Shown piece by piece: positions 26,122-34,408 of a DNA stretch of 34,408 nt. The stretch is taken from the NCBI GenBank assembly GCA_039680575.1, contig JBDKSP010000027.1, forward strand, positions 1 to 34,408, read 5' to 3'. Source of the stretch: Armatimonadota bacterium (GTDB lineage Bacteria > Armatimonadota > UBA5829 > DTLH01). Each line of letters starts with the position of its first letter. Position 1 is the first letter of the stretch. The position numbers and the translations under genes are program-made. The notes under the pieces are model-generated. The model worked only from the letters and a program-made list of their open reading frames with translations. It made no database searches and was not told the DNA's origin.

Positions 26122-27851
26122 CGAAGTTGATCGGACAAGTGGTCAACTATAGATACGAAATCCTCGAAAAGAGCGGGGACGGCAGCTTCTTCTCGGTATA
26201 TAAGGCCAGAGACAAGGTGCTGAACCGTCTTGTCGCCGTTAAAACAATGGTCCCGCAGTATTCTCAAAACCGCGAATTTGCCGAGCGGATGACCGAGGAA
26301 ACCCAGATGGTGGCGGATCTCAATCATCCGAACATCGCCAAGGTGCTTGAGGCGGATAATGATAATGGGACCTACTTCACCGCTGTCGAATATGTGCGGG
26401 GTATAAACTTAAAAGAGAGGATCCGCCGCACGGCTCCTTTCACCATTTCCTATGCGGTCGATATAGCCATTGCGGTCGGGTCCGCGCTGGAATATGCACA
26501 CCGGCAGGGAGTGGTCCACGGAGATGTCCGTCCCCAGAACATCCTTACTAACTCTGAAGGCCAGGTAAAGCTGACGGATTTCGGCACAGCCAGAGCACTT
26601 TCGGCGTTTCCGGTGATAAGAGAAGCCGTAATGCTGCGTTCAGTGCATTATATGGCCCCGGAAGTAATACGTGGCGAGGCTCCAGAGCCGGCAAGTGATG
26701 TGTATTCACTGGGCGTAGTGCTATATGAGATGTTGACAGGCTCGGTTCCGTTTGACGCCGCAACATCCGCGGCTATCGCAGCCCGAACGCTGCAGGACCC
26801 GGTCCCTTCGCCTCATGTACTGAACTCAGGCGTACCGGCGACCCTCAACGAGATCGTCATGAAGGCGATGCACAAAGACCCGTCCCAGCGGTTCGAAAGC
26901 GCGGCGGACTTTGTAACCGCACTTATGAGAGTCAAGGAATGGCTGCGAACGGGATATATCCCTTCGGCGCATGAACACCCTAAACCGGAACCCAAAGATG
27001 AATTGGTTTACGAGTCCGAAGACAAATCCCAGAGCTTTTTCAAGACTACGGCTATCTGGCTGCTCGCAGTCTTTGTCGTCGCTATAATCACCGCCGGGTT
27101 AGTGGCATGGTTATTCCGTGAGAAGCAGACGCTGCCGGTCCCGGATCTGGTAGGAAAGACCGTTGAGCAGGCAAGAGAGATCGCCGGAAGGACGGGGCTT
27201 GAGATAAGAGATAATGATGTCCACCAGGAATACAACGATAAGGTGGACAAAGGGCTGATCTACGCCATGGATCCGCGGCAGGGCGGCACTGTGCCGAAGG
27301 AGCAGCCGTTCATCCAGGTATGGATCAGTAAAGGGACTGAACTCGTGGACGTGCCGAGCGTCGTGGGGCTGACAATGGATGAAGCCGAACACAAAATAAA
27401 CGGTGCTGGGCTTGTTGTCAGGCGTCTGACATCGGAATACAGCGATACGGTACCGTCGGATCATATTATCCGGCAGTCCCCTACTTCCGGAGAGCAAATT
27501 GAACCTATGAAGGAAGTCGACATCGTTTTGAGCCTTGGGCAGAACCCGATGGAAAAGGATACGACCAGCAATGAGACATCCGGTGACGATCAGACGGATA
27601 ATGGCAGCGTCCAGACCAGGTCGTTCCTGGTAAAGGTCCAGGTTCCCAGCGATGCCACTGAGCCGCAGCAGGTGCGGATTGTCGTCATCGACGATAATGG
27701 TGAAAACGAGGCTTACAACGAATATCACGATCCCGGAGACAGCTTTACCCAGGAAGTTACGGGCACTGGTAACAAGATACGCGTGAAAGTATATGTCGGA
27801 GACAATCTGCTGAAGGACGAAGTCCACAACAGCAGAAGCAGAAGACGATAG
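26118..27851 (+). CDS. PASTA-domain Ser/Thr protein kinase (PknB/PrkC-like, non-RD variant)
   Basis: VAVK, HPNI, HGDVRPQN, DFG, YMAPE, SDVYSLG; TM helix; two PASTA repeats (VPDLVGKT, VPSVVGLT) and a C-terminal beta domain. Confidence 0.92.
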   Translation: MTKLIGQVVNYRYEILEKSGDGSFFSVYKARDKVLNRLVAVKTMVPQYSQNREFAERMTEETQMVADLNHPNIAKVLEADNDNGTYFTAVEYVRGINLKERIRRTAPFTISYAVDIAIAVGSALEYAHRQGVVHGDVRPQNILTNSEGQVKLTDFGTARALSAFPVIREAVMLRSVHYMAPEVIRGEAPEPASDVYSLGVVLYEMLTGSVPFDAATSAAIAARTLQDPVPSPHVLNSGVPATLNEIVMKAMHKDPSQRFESAADFVTALMRVKEWLRTGYIPSAHEHPKPEPKDELVYESEDKSQSFFKTTAIWLLAVFVVAIITAGLVAWLFREKQTLPVPDLVGKTVEQAREIAGRTGLEIRDNDVHQEYNDKVDKGLIYAMDPRQGGTVPKEQPFIQVWISKGTELVDVPSVVGLTMDEAEHKINGAGLVVRRLTSEYSDTVPSDHIIRQSPTSGEQIEPMKEVDIVLSLGQNPMEKDTTSNETSGDDQTDNGSVQTRSFLVKVQVPSDATEPQQVRIVVIDDNGENEAYNEYHDPGDSFTQEVTGTGNKIRVKVYVGDNLLKDEVHNSRSRRR

Positions 27852-27916
27852 CCGAATTATTCACCTTCGCAGTGAATAACATAAAAAGTTTCAAAAGCAT
27901 AATTGGTGACAGGGAT

Positions 27917-28597
27917 TTGGAAATTAATATTGCACCATCGCTTCTATCCGCCGATTTTTCGGACCTGACAGGCGCTCTGCGCCAGGCTGAGGACGGAGGA
28001 GCGAGGTATTTACACTTCGATATAATGGACGGCCATTTCGTCCCGAACATCACATTCGGGCCATTGGTCGTACGGGCACTCAGGCCGCTCACAAAGATAA
28101 GTTTTGACGTGCATCTTATGATCTACGGAGCGGAGCACTATATCGAGGATTTTGCCGGCGCAGGCGCTGATTTGATCACTGTTCATGCCGAGGCTTGCCC
28201 TCATCTGCACCGTGTAATCCAGCAGATCAAAGCCGCGGGAGCGAGTCCGGGTGTCGCACTCAATCCGGCTACTCCCCTATCGGCCATCGAGCACGTAATC
28301 GAAGACATAGATCTTATTCTCGTGATGACAGTCAACCCCGGATTCGGCGGCCAGAAGTTCATCGAGTCGATGCTGCCTAAGATCAGCCAGGCCAGAAAGC
28401 TGGTTGATAAGACAGGCCGGAACATAGTCATCGAAGTCGACGGCGGAGTGGATATGAACACCTGCCGGAAAGTAACAGCGGCAGGCGCTAACCTGCTTGT
28501 GGCCGGAAATTCCGTCTATAATAATCATCTTGGGATTTCAGAGGCCGTACGTATACTGAAAGCCGAAGCCGAGTGTGTAGAGTCTAAAGGACGGTGA
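27917..28597 (+). CDS. rpe: Ribulose-phosphate 3-epimerase
   Basis: IAPSLLSADF, HFDIMDGHFVPNITFG, DVHLM, MTVNPGFGGQKFI, IEVDGG. Start probably TTG at 27917 (ORF open from 27872). Confidence 0.97.
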   Translation: MEINIAPSLLSADFSDLTGALRQAEDGGARYLHFDIMDGHFVPNITFGPLVVRALRPLTKISFDVHLMIYGAEHYIEDFAGAGADLITVHAEACPHLHRVIQQIKAAGASPGVALNPATPLSAIEHVIEDIDLILVMTVNPGFGGQKFIESMLPKISQARKLVDKTGRNIVIEVDGGVDMNTCRKVTAAGANLLVAGNSVYNNHLGISEAVRILKAEAECVESKGR

Positions 28598-28604
28598 GCT
28601 TGGA

Positions 28605-28955
28605 GTGATCATCAGGATCATCATTTACGCGGCGATTGCCGTAATAGCGATTGCGCTTCTAGCAGAGGTTCTCCGGTGGATGAATGGTTCGCGTCTGATC
28701 AGCAGGACGCAAAAAGCCTACAGGCTTTTTGCTGCAATATCGCTTGAGGCTCTTCTTCTTATGTTTCTCTTCGGCAAGTCCATCTCCGGCTGTAACCCGC
28801 TGTTTCAGATCAGCTACTGGTGCACCGCAACGGCACTTGCATTTATCGTGGTGACGCTTGGACTGCTTGATGTAAAAGCTACGCTCGTCACTTTCCAGCA
28901 GCAGCGAAGAGAGATGTTCAGCGACCTGATCGGCAGGGAAAAACGAAAAGAATAG
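28605..28955 (+). CDS. Hypothetical three-TM membrane protein
   Basis: Tightly packed between rpe and ribD; three hydrophobic segments and charged C-terminus. Confidence 0.7.
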   Translation: MIIRIIIYAAIAVIAIALLAEVLRWMNGSRLISRTQKAYRLFAAISLEALLLMFLFGKSISGCNPLFQISYWCTATALAFIVVTLGLLDVKATLVTFQQQRREMFSDLIGREKRKE

Positions 28956-28957
28956 AC

Positions 28958-30043
28958 ATGGAAGTTTTTATGAAACGGGCGCTAGTGCTCGCGCGGCGGG
29001 GAAATACCAGCCCCAACCCGATGGTCGGTGCTGTCGTCGTGAAAGACGGCCGAATCGTCGGTGAGGGTTATCATCGAAAGGCAGGAGAACCCCATGCCGA
29101 GGTTATCGCACTTCGAAATGCGGGTGAACTGGCTTCCGGCGCTGACCTTTACGTAACACTCGAACCCTGCTGCCATTTTGGCCGGACTCCCCCATGCACG
29201 AAAGCTGTTATCGAAGCCGGAATAAGGTCCGTTACAGCCGCAATGGTCGATCCGAACCCCAAAGTAGCAGGAAAAGGGCTTGCCGAACTCGAAACCGCAG
29301 GAATTCATACCTGCGTCGGGGTGCTCGAAGAAGAAGCTCGGAAGCTGAATGAGGTTTTTATCAAGTTCATTACGACTGGGCTGCCATTTGTCACTCTGAA
29401 ACTTGCCATGACGCTCGACGGCAAGATCGCTACCAGTAATGGCGACTCGAAGTGGATCAGTTGTGAAGAATCACGAAGGACCGTCCACCGGCTAAGGGAA
29501 CGGACGGATGCAGTTTTAGTCGGAATCGGGACTGTGCTTGCTGACAATCCCGAGCTTACTGCGCGAATCGGGACGCGCAGGTCATATCCTGCCAGAGTCG
29601 TAGTCGATAGTTCTGCGCGAACCCCTGTCAATGCAAAACTCCTCTCTCAGCCGGACGGGGAGGCGATAATCGCTGTTCGTGACGGAGCTTCTGAAGCTAA
29701 TTTGCGGAAACTAAAGCAAGCGGGCGCGCGTATAATAGAAGTAGCCGGCGAAACCGAAGAGGTAAGCCTTACCGCACTGATGCGCGAGCTTGGTCAGATA
29801 AAAAAAACGGGCGTGCTGATAGAAGGCGGGGGCAGAATTGCTGCAAGCGCGCTTTCTTCCGGGATCGTAGATAAGGTTCTGGTCTTTATCGCGCCCAAGA
29901 TAGTAGGCGGCGAGTCTGCTAGGACACCTGTCGAGGGATCAGGCGTTGCAGCCATGGCTGATGCGCTCCGGCTGAGGAATATGAGTGTAAAGAAGGTCGG
30001 ATGCGACCTTTTAATTGAGGCATATCCGTGTTCACAGGGTTAG
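28958..30043 (+). CDS. ribD: Bifunctional riboflavin deaminase/reductase
   Basis: PNPMVGAV, HAE, TLEPCCHFGRTPPC, KLAMTLDGKIA, EGG motifs. Confidence 0.97.
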   Translation: MEVFMKRALVLARRGNTSPNPMVGAVVVKDGRIVGEGYHRKAGEPHAEVIALRNAGELASGADLYVTLEPCCHFGRTPPCTKAVIEAGIRSVTAAMVDPNPKVAGKGLAELETAGIHTCVGVLEEEARKLNEVFIKFITTGLPFVTLKLAMTLDGKIATSNGDSKWISCEESRRTVHRLRERTDAVLVGIGTVLADNPELTARIGTRRSYPARVVVDSSARTPVNAKLLSQPDGEAIIAVRDGASEANLRKLKQAGARIIEVAGETEEVSLTALMRELGQIKKTGVLIEGGGRIAASALSSGIVDKVLVFIAPKIVGGESARTPVEGSGVAAMADALRLRNMSVKKVGCDLLIEAYPCSQG

Positions 30044-30672
30044 TAGAAGAAGTTGGCACTGTCAGATCTATAACGCGCGGAGCGGGAGCGGAGCTTCGGA
30101 TTGCAGCGCATGTCGTATCCGCCGGTGCGAAAATCGGAGACAGTATCGCGATAAATGGTACTTGCCTGACGATAACGAAGATTTCCGGCAGCGAACTGAG
30201 CTTCGACGCTGTCGAAGAGACGCTCAGCAGAAGCAACCTGGGAAGTCTGAAGCCGGGCGATGCAGTGAACTTGGAGCGGTCCGTATCAGTTGACCGGCTG
30301 TTCGGAGGGCACTTCGTCCTGGGGCATGTTGACGGGCTCGGCACAATATCGAGTTTTGATAAAAAACCGGGTGAAACCGTCCTTGTCATTCGGGCTCCTG
30401 AAGAAGTGATGCGTTATGTCGTCACCAAGGGATCGATTGCAATAGACGGAATAAGCCTGACGGTGGCATCCTGCACCAAAGACGAGTTTGGAGTAGCGGT
30501 GATTCCGCACACATTCGCAAATACTACACTCGCGTCCAAGCGGACGGGAGACACGGTCAATCTCGAAACAGATATACTTGGAAAATACGTAGAAAAGTTC
30601 ATTTCCGGTCGGTCGCAGGGACGAGGTATTACAGAGCAGTTCCTGGCCGATTCGGGTTTTTTGGAGGGTTAA
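30028..30672 (+). CDS. ribE: Riboflavin synthase (alpha chain)
   Basis: MFTGLVEE, GDSIAINGTCLT, VNLER, GGHFVLGHVDG, KGSIAIDGISLT, VNLETD. Confidence 0.97.
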   Translation: MFTGLVEEVGTVRSITRGAGAELRIAAHVVSAGAKIGDSIAINGTCLTITKISGSELSFDAVEETLSRSNLGSLKPGDAVNLERSVSVDRLFGGHFVLGHVDGLGTISSFDKKPGETVLVIRAPEEVMRYVVTKGSIAIDGISLTVASCTKDEFGVAVIPHTFANTTLASKRTGDTVNLETDILGKYVEKFISGRSQGRGITEQFLADSGFLEG

Positions 30673-30675
30673 CAG

Positions 30676-31884
30676 TTGTCGGAAGAGTTCCAGTTCAGCG
30701 CCATACCAGAGGTGCTGGAAGATATTAAGGCTGGTAAGATGGTCATCGTCGTCGATGACGAGGACCGCGAAAACGAAGGCGATTTCATTATGGCAGCCGA
30801 AAAGGTCACGCCGGAATCGATCAACTTCATGGCGAAATACGGCCGGGGGCTGGTTTGTGCTCCGATGACCGTCGAGAGCGCCCAGCGGCTGGACCTCAAT
30901 ATGATGACCGAGCACAACACGTCCAAACACACTACGGCATTTACGGTGAGTGTGGACGCCGCCAAGGGCACTACCACGGGAATATCGGCCTATGACCGCG
31001 CAATCACGATCAAGAAGCTTGCCGATCCTGTTTCCGTGCCCCATGACTTCTGCCGCCCTGGGCATATATTCCCTCTCATAGCAGAGGCTGGCGGCGTGCT
31101 GGTCCGCGCAGGACATACCGAAGCCGTTGTCGATCTCACCAAGATGGCCGGACTCTCACAGACCGGCATACTTTGCGAGATCATGAGCGATGACGGGACG
31201 ATGGCACGAGTGCCTGAGCTTATGAAAATAGCGAAACAGCACGGTTTGAAGATCGTTACAATCGCCAGTCTGATCAAGTATCGAAGGCAGCATGAAAAGC
31301 TGATAAACAAGTTCGCTACGACCGTAATCCCGACCGAATTCGGTGAGTTTACGGCCCATGGTTATGAAACAACCGTCGAAGCGAATCCGTATATTGCACT
31401 GGTTATGGGTGATATTACAGACGGCGAGCCCACGCTCGTCCGCATCCATTCTGGGTGTCTCACGGGCGATGTACTCCATTCTCTCAGGTGCGACTGCGGC
31501 CAGCAGCTAGAGCTTGCTATGAAAAAGGTTGCAGCGGAAGGTAAAGGAGTTGTTCTTTACATTTACCATCACGAGGGGCGCGGCATCGGACTCGTAAACA
31601 AGCTGAAAGCCTATGCGCTGCAGGACCACGGGGCGGATACCGTCGAAGCAAACGAAATGCTCGGCTTCCCGGCTGATATGAGGGATTACAGCATCGGCGC
31701 GCAGATACTCGTCGACCTGGGACTCAAGAAAATCAGGCTTATGACCAATAATCCGGCCAAATATGCAGGCCTCAGCGGTTACGACCTTGAAATAGTCGAG
31801 CGCGTGCCGCTCATCTGCGAGCCAAACGAAGCTAATAAGCGATATCTTTTGACCAAACGCGACAAAATGGGACACAAGTTATAG
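30676..31884 (+). CDS. ribBA: Bifunctional DHBP synthase / GTP cyclohydrolase II
   Basis: [35 protein letters not shown]...CDCG, EGRGIGL, TNNP. Confidence 0.98.
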   Translation: MSEEFQFSAIPEVLEDIKAGKMVIVVDDEDRENEGDFIMAAEKVTPESINFMAKYGRGLVCAPMTVESAQRLDLNMMTEHNTSKHTTAFTVSVDAAKGTTTGISAYDRAITIKKLADPVSVPHDFCRPGHIFPLIAEAGGVLVRAGHTEAVVDLTKMAGLSQTGILCEIMSDDGTMARVPELMKIAKQHGLKIVTIASLIKYRRQHEKLINKFATTVIPTEFGEFTAHGYETTVEANPYIALVMGDITDGEPTLVRIHSGCLTGDVLHSLRCDCGQQLELAMKKVAAEGKGVVLYIYHHEGRGIGLVNKLKAYALQDHGADTVEANEMLGFPADMRDYSIGAQILVDLGLKKIRLMTNNPAKYAGLSGYDLEIVERVPLICEPNEANKRYLLTKRDKMGHKL

Positions 31885-31952
31885 AGCCGTCAGTAATCAG
31901 TTTTCAGCTCTCAGCTTTATCTGCTGACGGCTGATGGCTGATAGCTGAAGCT
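31885..31952. repeat. Inverted heptamer arrays
   Basis: AGCCGTC AGTAATC AGTTTTC AGCTCTC AGC followed by inverted GCTGACG GCTGATG GCTGATA GCTGAAG, immediately after the ribBA stop. Confidence 0.75.
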
Positions 31953-31973
31953 ATACAAGGAAAATAAGAGTAG

Positions 31974-33365
31974 ATGATGCTTCGGAAAAAGATGGCGGCA
32001 GTCTTAGGGATGGCATGGCTTGTAGTGCTTATGCTCTCCACTGCTGTCGCTGCAAGTTTCGACTGGCAATCAAGGGAAGGAACGATAAACTGGGCTAAAG
32101 GATTAGCAGATGGCACACATGTGTATCTGGATGCTGTAAGAATCAGCAAGATCAGAGCGCAGCAGACCCCAGCATATATCGTAATTTCTGAATGCTTTGC
32201 ACAGGACAAGTTAATTGTGTTTACACAGGCAAGTCCACTGCTCAGAATCGGTCAGACCGTAGATATTGAAGGTGATCTGATTACTCTGGAATCAGGTGAA
32301 CATGCTTTAACTAATGTAACAGTATGGGGATATTGTGCTTCAGACAGCACGCTGCTTTATTTTGGCCCACTTATCAAGGGGTTGCTTAGACCTATTCCCT
32401 GGCAGTGGAAAACGAATCTGACGGAGCAGACTGCTTTGGAGTCAATAACATCAACAGAATCAATGACTACAGGTGAAGTCAGTACGGAGTCCGAATCAAC
32501 ACCTATAGTTTATTCCACCATAGCTGCTGCTAAAAGTGCTGGAGTGGGAGCAGTCGTGGAACTTCACTGCCATCCGGTATCAAACTGTACCCTATATTCC
32601 AATACATCAGGTGGTGTAAGAATCTCAAATACAGGTGCTGCTTTAGGCTACAACACTATTCGGAATAACGGCGGTAGCGGCATATATCTTTCCAGTTCTG
32701 GTGGCAACATATACAATAATTATATCAAGAGTAATAGCAAGGGCATAACTACAAACAGCTCGAACGCTGTTATTGATAGTAATAGGATTGAGTATAACAG
32801 TAGTGGTGGGCTGAATATCAGCAACGCGACCTCTGTCACTATCACTAATAACTTCATTAGAGGTAATTCAGCAACCAATGGTGGAGCTATCTATAGCTAT
32901 TTTGCAAAGATATTCGTGTTCAATAACACAATAGTCAGTAATAGTTGTTCTTACAAGGGAGCCGGGATCTACGTCAGGAATAATGATAAACAAAATGCTT
33001 ATATTTATAACAATATAATTGCATCTAACACAGGCAGTGCTGCACTCTATCTGGATAATGTTGGCCTTAACTATACCTATGCGGTGAATAATGGGCGTAA
33101 TTGTTTCTATAACAATGATACCAACTTTACTTATACAGGGTTGAAAGCTTCATTCTATACTAACCCTGACAATATATCCAATTCCCCTGGACTTGCTACT
33201 GATGGATACCATTTGGCAGCAGGTTCAGCATGTATAAATGCGGGCACTGCATCCGCTACAGATAAAGATGGCAGTAATTGGGTGGTCTATGCTAATACTG
33301 ATATAGATGGTGATTCACGGCAATCCTCTTCTGTAGACATAGGCTGTGACGAGTTCATGCCATAA
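31974..33365 (+). CDS. Secreted protein: OB-fold-like N-terminus plus right-handed beta-helix with choice-of-anchor-Q-like C-terminus
   Basis: Signal peptide; repeated N-x-I-x-x-N...GGAIY motifs; C-terminal YHLAAGSACINAG...DIDGDSR...VDIGCDEF. Confidence 0.75.
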   Translation: MMLRKKMAAVLGMAWLVVLMLSTAVAASFDWQSREGTINWAKGLADGTHVYLDAVRISKIRAQQTPAYIVISECFAQDKLIVFTQASPLLRIGQTVDIEGDLITLESGEHALTNVTVWGYCASDSTLLYFGPLIKGLLRPIPWQWKTNLTEQTALESITSTESMTTGEVSTESESTPIVYSTIAAAKSAGVGAVVELHCHPVSNCTLYSNTSGGVRISNTGAALGYNTIRNNGGSGIYLSSSGGNIYNNYIKSNSKGITTNSSNAVIDSNRIEYNSSGGLNISNATSVTITNNFIRGNSATNGGAIYSYFAKIFVFNNTIVSNSCSYKGAGIYVRNNDKQNAYIYNNIIASNTGSAALYLDNVGLNYTYAVNNGRNCFYNNDTNFTYTGLKASFYTNPDNISNSPGLATDGYHLAAGSACINAGTASATDKDGSNWVVYANTDIDGDSRQSSSVDIGCDEFMP

Positions 33366-33389
33366 AATGGGGAGATAGGAGAAAACAGT

Positions 33390-34328
33390 ATGAGCAAGTT
33401 TATCTCAGTAGCAATCACATTGATTGTATGCTTAGGAACTACAGCCAGTGCGAATGGAACATCTTACGTTTCGCATCTATTGGACACAGGAGGCTGGAAA
33501 CATACCTGGGCGATGGACATAAATAATTCCGGTCAGATTGTAGGAAGTGTTCTCAATAATATTACCAGTAATGCTGTAGTTTGGAGTAATGATGCCTCCG
33601 GGCCACAACTTATCAATACAGGTAAAACTGATAGAGATTCACTGGGTTACAAGATTGCGAATTCTGGCATGGTAACGGGTACTCATACCACATCAGCCGG
33701 AAATAACTTGCTGTTTCAGTGGACTGCTGCCGGTGGAATGGCTACAGAGCTGTCTTTTCCTTACGACGGGACAGTGAAAGGCTCTAAAAATGCTGTAAAC
33801 GATATTGGTTATGCAGTGGGTGATGGCGATGGTGAAAGGTCACGTGCAACTCTTTGGCATGGTTCAGACGCAACAGACCTCGGAACTTTCGGTGGGACGT
33901 GGAGTACTGCAGATGCAATAAACAATAATAATCTGATAGCGGGAACCTATGGAGGGGATAACGGAGCTATCAGCAACTTCCTGTGGAGCTTGAATGGCGA
34001 AACAACATTCATTCCGATTAATTCTTCCTTTGATAGCTGTGGTCTGTTTGGCATAGCTGATATAAATGACAACGGAGTTGTGCTTGGTAATGCTGAGCTC
34101 AATGGGGTTCATACAGTCATAACCTGGAGTATAGCCGAAGGATACACAATCGTTGGGGCTGGTATTGGTTATGCTATCAACAACTCCAACACTATTGTTG
34201 GCTTAACGAGTGAAGACACCAGCATAGCAAAGGGAATAGTCTGGACACCACAAGTGCCAGAGCCATCAAGTATCATAGCATTACTTAGAGTGCATCCCAA
34301 AACTGGGAATAAGTGGGTAAAGTGCTGA
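33390..34328 (+). CDS. PEP-CTERM protein with HAF-like extracellular repeats; sorting signal disrupted
   Basis: Signal peptide; A-x-x-INN-x-G-x-I-V-G repeats and DLGTFGG; VPEPSSIIALL followed by a non-hydrophobic tail RVHPKTGNKWVKC instead of TM plus Arg cluster. Confidence 0.8.
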   Translation: MSKFISVAITLIVCLGTTASANGTSYVSHLLDTGGWKHTWAMDINNSGQIVGSVLNNITSNAVVWSNDASGPQLINTGKTDRDSLGYKIANSGMVTGTHTTSAGNNLLFQWTAAGGMATELSFPYDGTVKGSKNAVNDIGYAVGDGDGERSRATLWHGSDATDLGTFGGTWSTADAINNNNLIAGTYGGDNGAISNFLWSLNGETTFIPINSSFDSCGLFGIADINDNGVVLGNAELNGVHTVITWSIAEGYTIVGAGIGYAINNSNTIVGLTSEDTSIAKGIVWTPQVPEPSSIIALLRVHPKTGNKWVKC

Positions 34329-34408
34329 TATGACTACATCAGCGACAGAACCCAAAAAAGAACGAGTGCCAACAATCTGGCGAGTTGACGATGCTCTGTG
34401 GGCGAAGG
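34287..34408 (+). mobile_element. Left end of an IS5-family-like insertion sequence, with partial transposase from 34330
   Basis: Junction ...CTT|AGAGTGCATCCCAAAA. ATG at 34330 gives MTTSATEPKKERVPTIWRVDDALWAK, resembling the D-x-x-W N-terminus of IS5/DUF4096 transposases; runs off the window. Confidence 0.62.

Noticed and set aside
28900..28957. FMN riboswitch upstream of ribD
   Set aside because: No intergenic space and no FMN aptamer motifs.

Overview
Bacterial chromosomal segment, probably a whole contig broken at mobile elements. Gene content and protein style suggest a diderm Terrabacteria lineage such as Armatimonadota (inference, not verified). From left to right: a truncated secreted-protein gene; large Alu-type SRP RNA-dnaX-ybaB without recR; an ABC ATPase/permease/TPR triplet resembling PilH/PilI/PilG (Xap-like); and an SDH/ClpP-class serine protease flanked by nested palindromic and heptamer repeats. 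Next is an unusual type IV pilus/secretion assembly locus: a 2319-aa secreted beta-propeller/golvesin-like protein, PilM with a ~155-aa acidic FD[L/I/F]-repeat insertion, PilN, PilO, a TM-anchored PilP-like protein, a stand-alone secretin-N (STN) protein with a prion-like G/S/N tail, and a secretin. Then come aroC-aroK-aroB, a DUF362 protein, a non-RD PASTA kinase, rpe and ribD-ribE-ribBA without ribH. The window ends in an AT-richer island with a chimeric beta-helix protein and a PEP-CTERM protein whose sorting signal is cut by an incoming IS5-like element. The best candidate for an undescribed system is the variant pilus machine (8300-21883) with its divergent ABC/TPR module and a shared GGAAC-N18-GTC / AGAGTCATATTT promoter-like motif. 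All calls are by eye from motifs and synteny; no searches were run.
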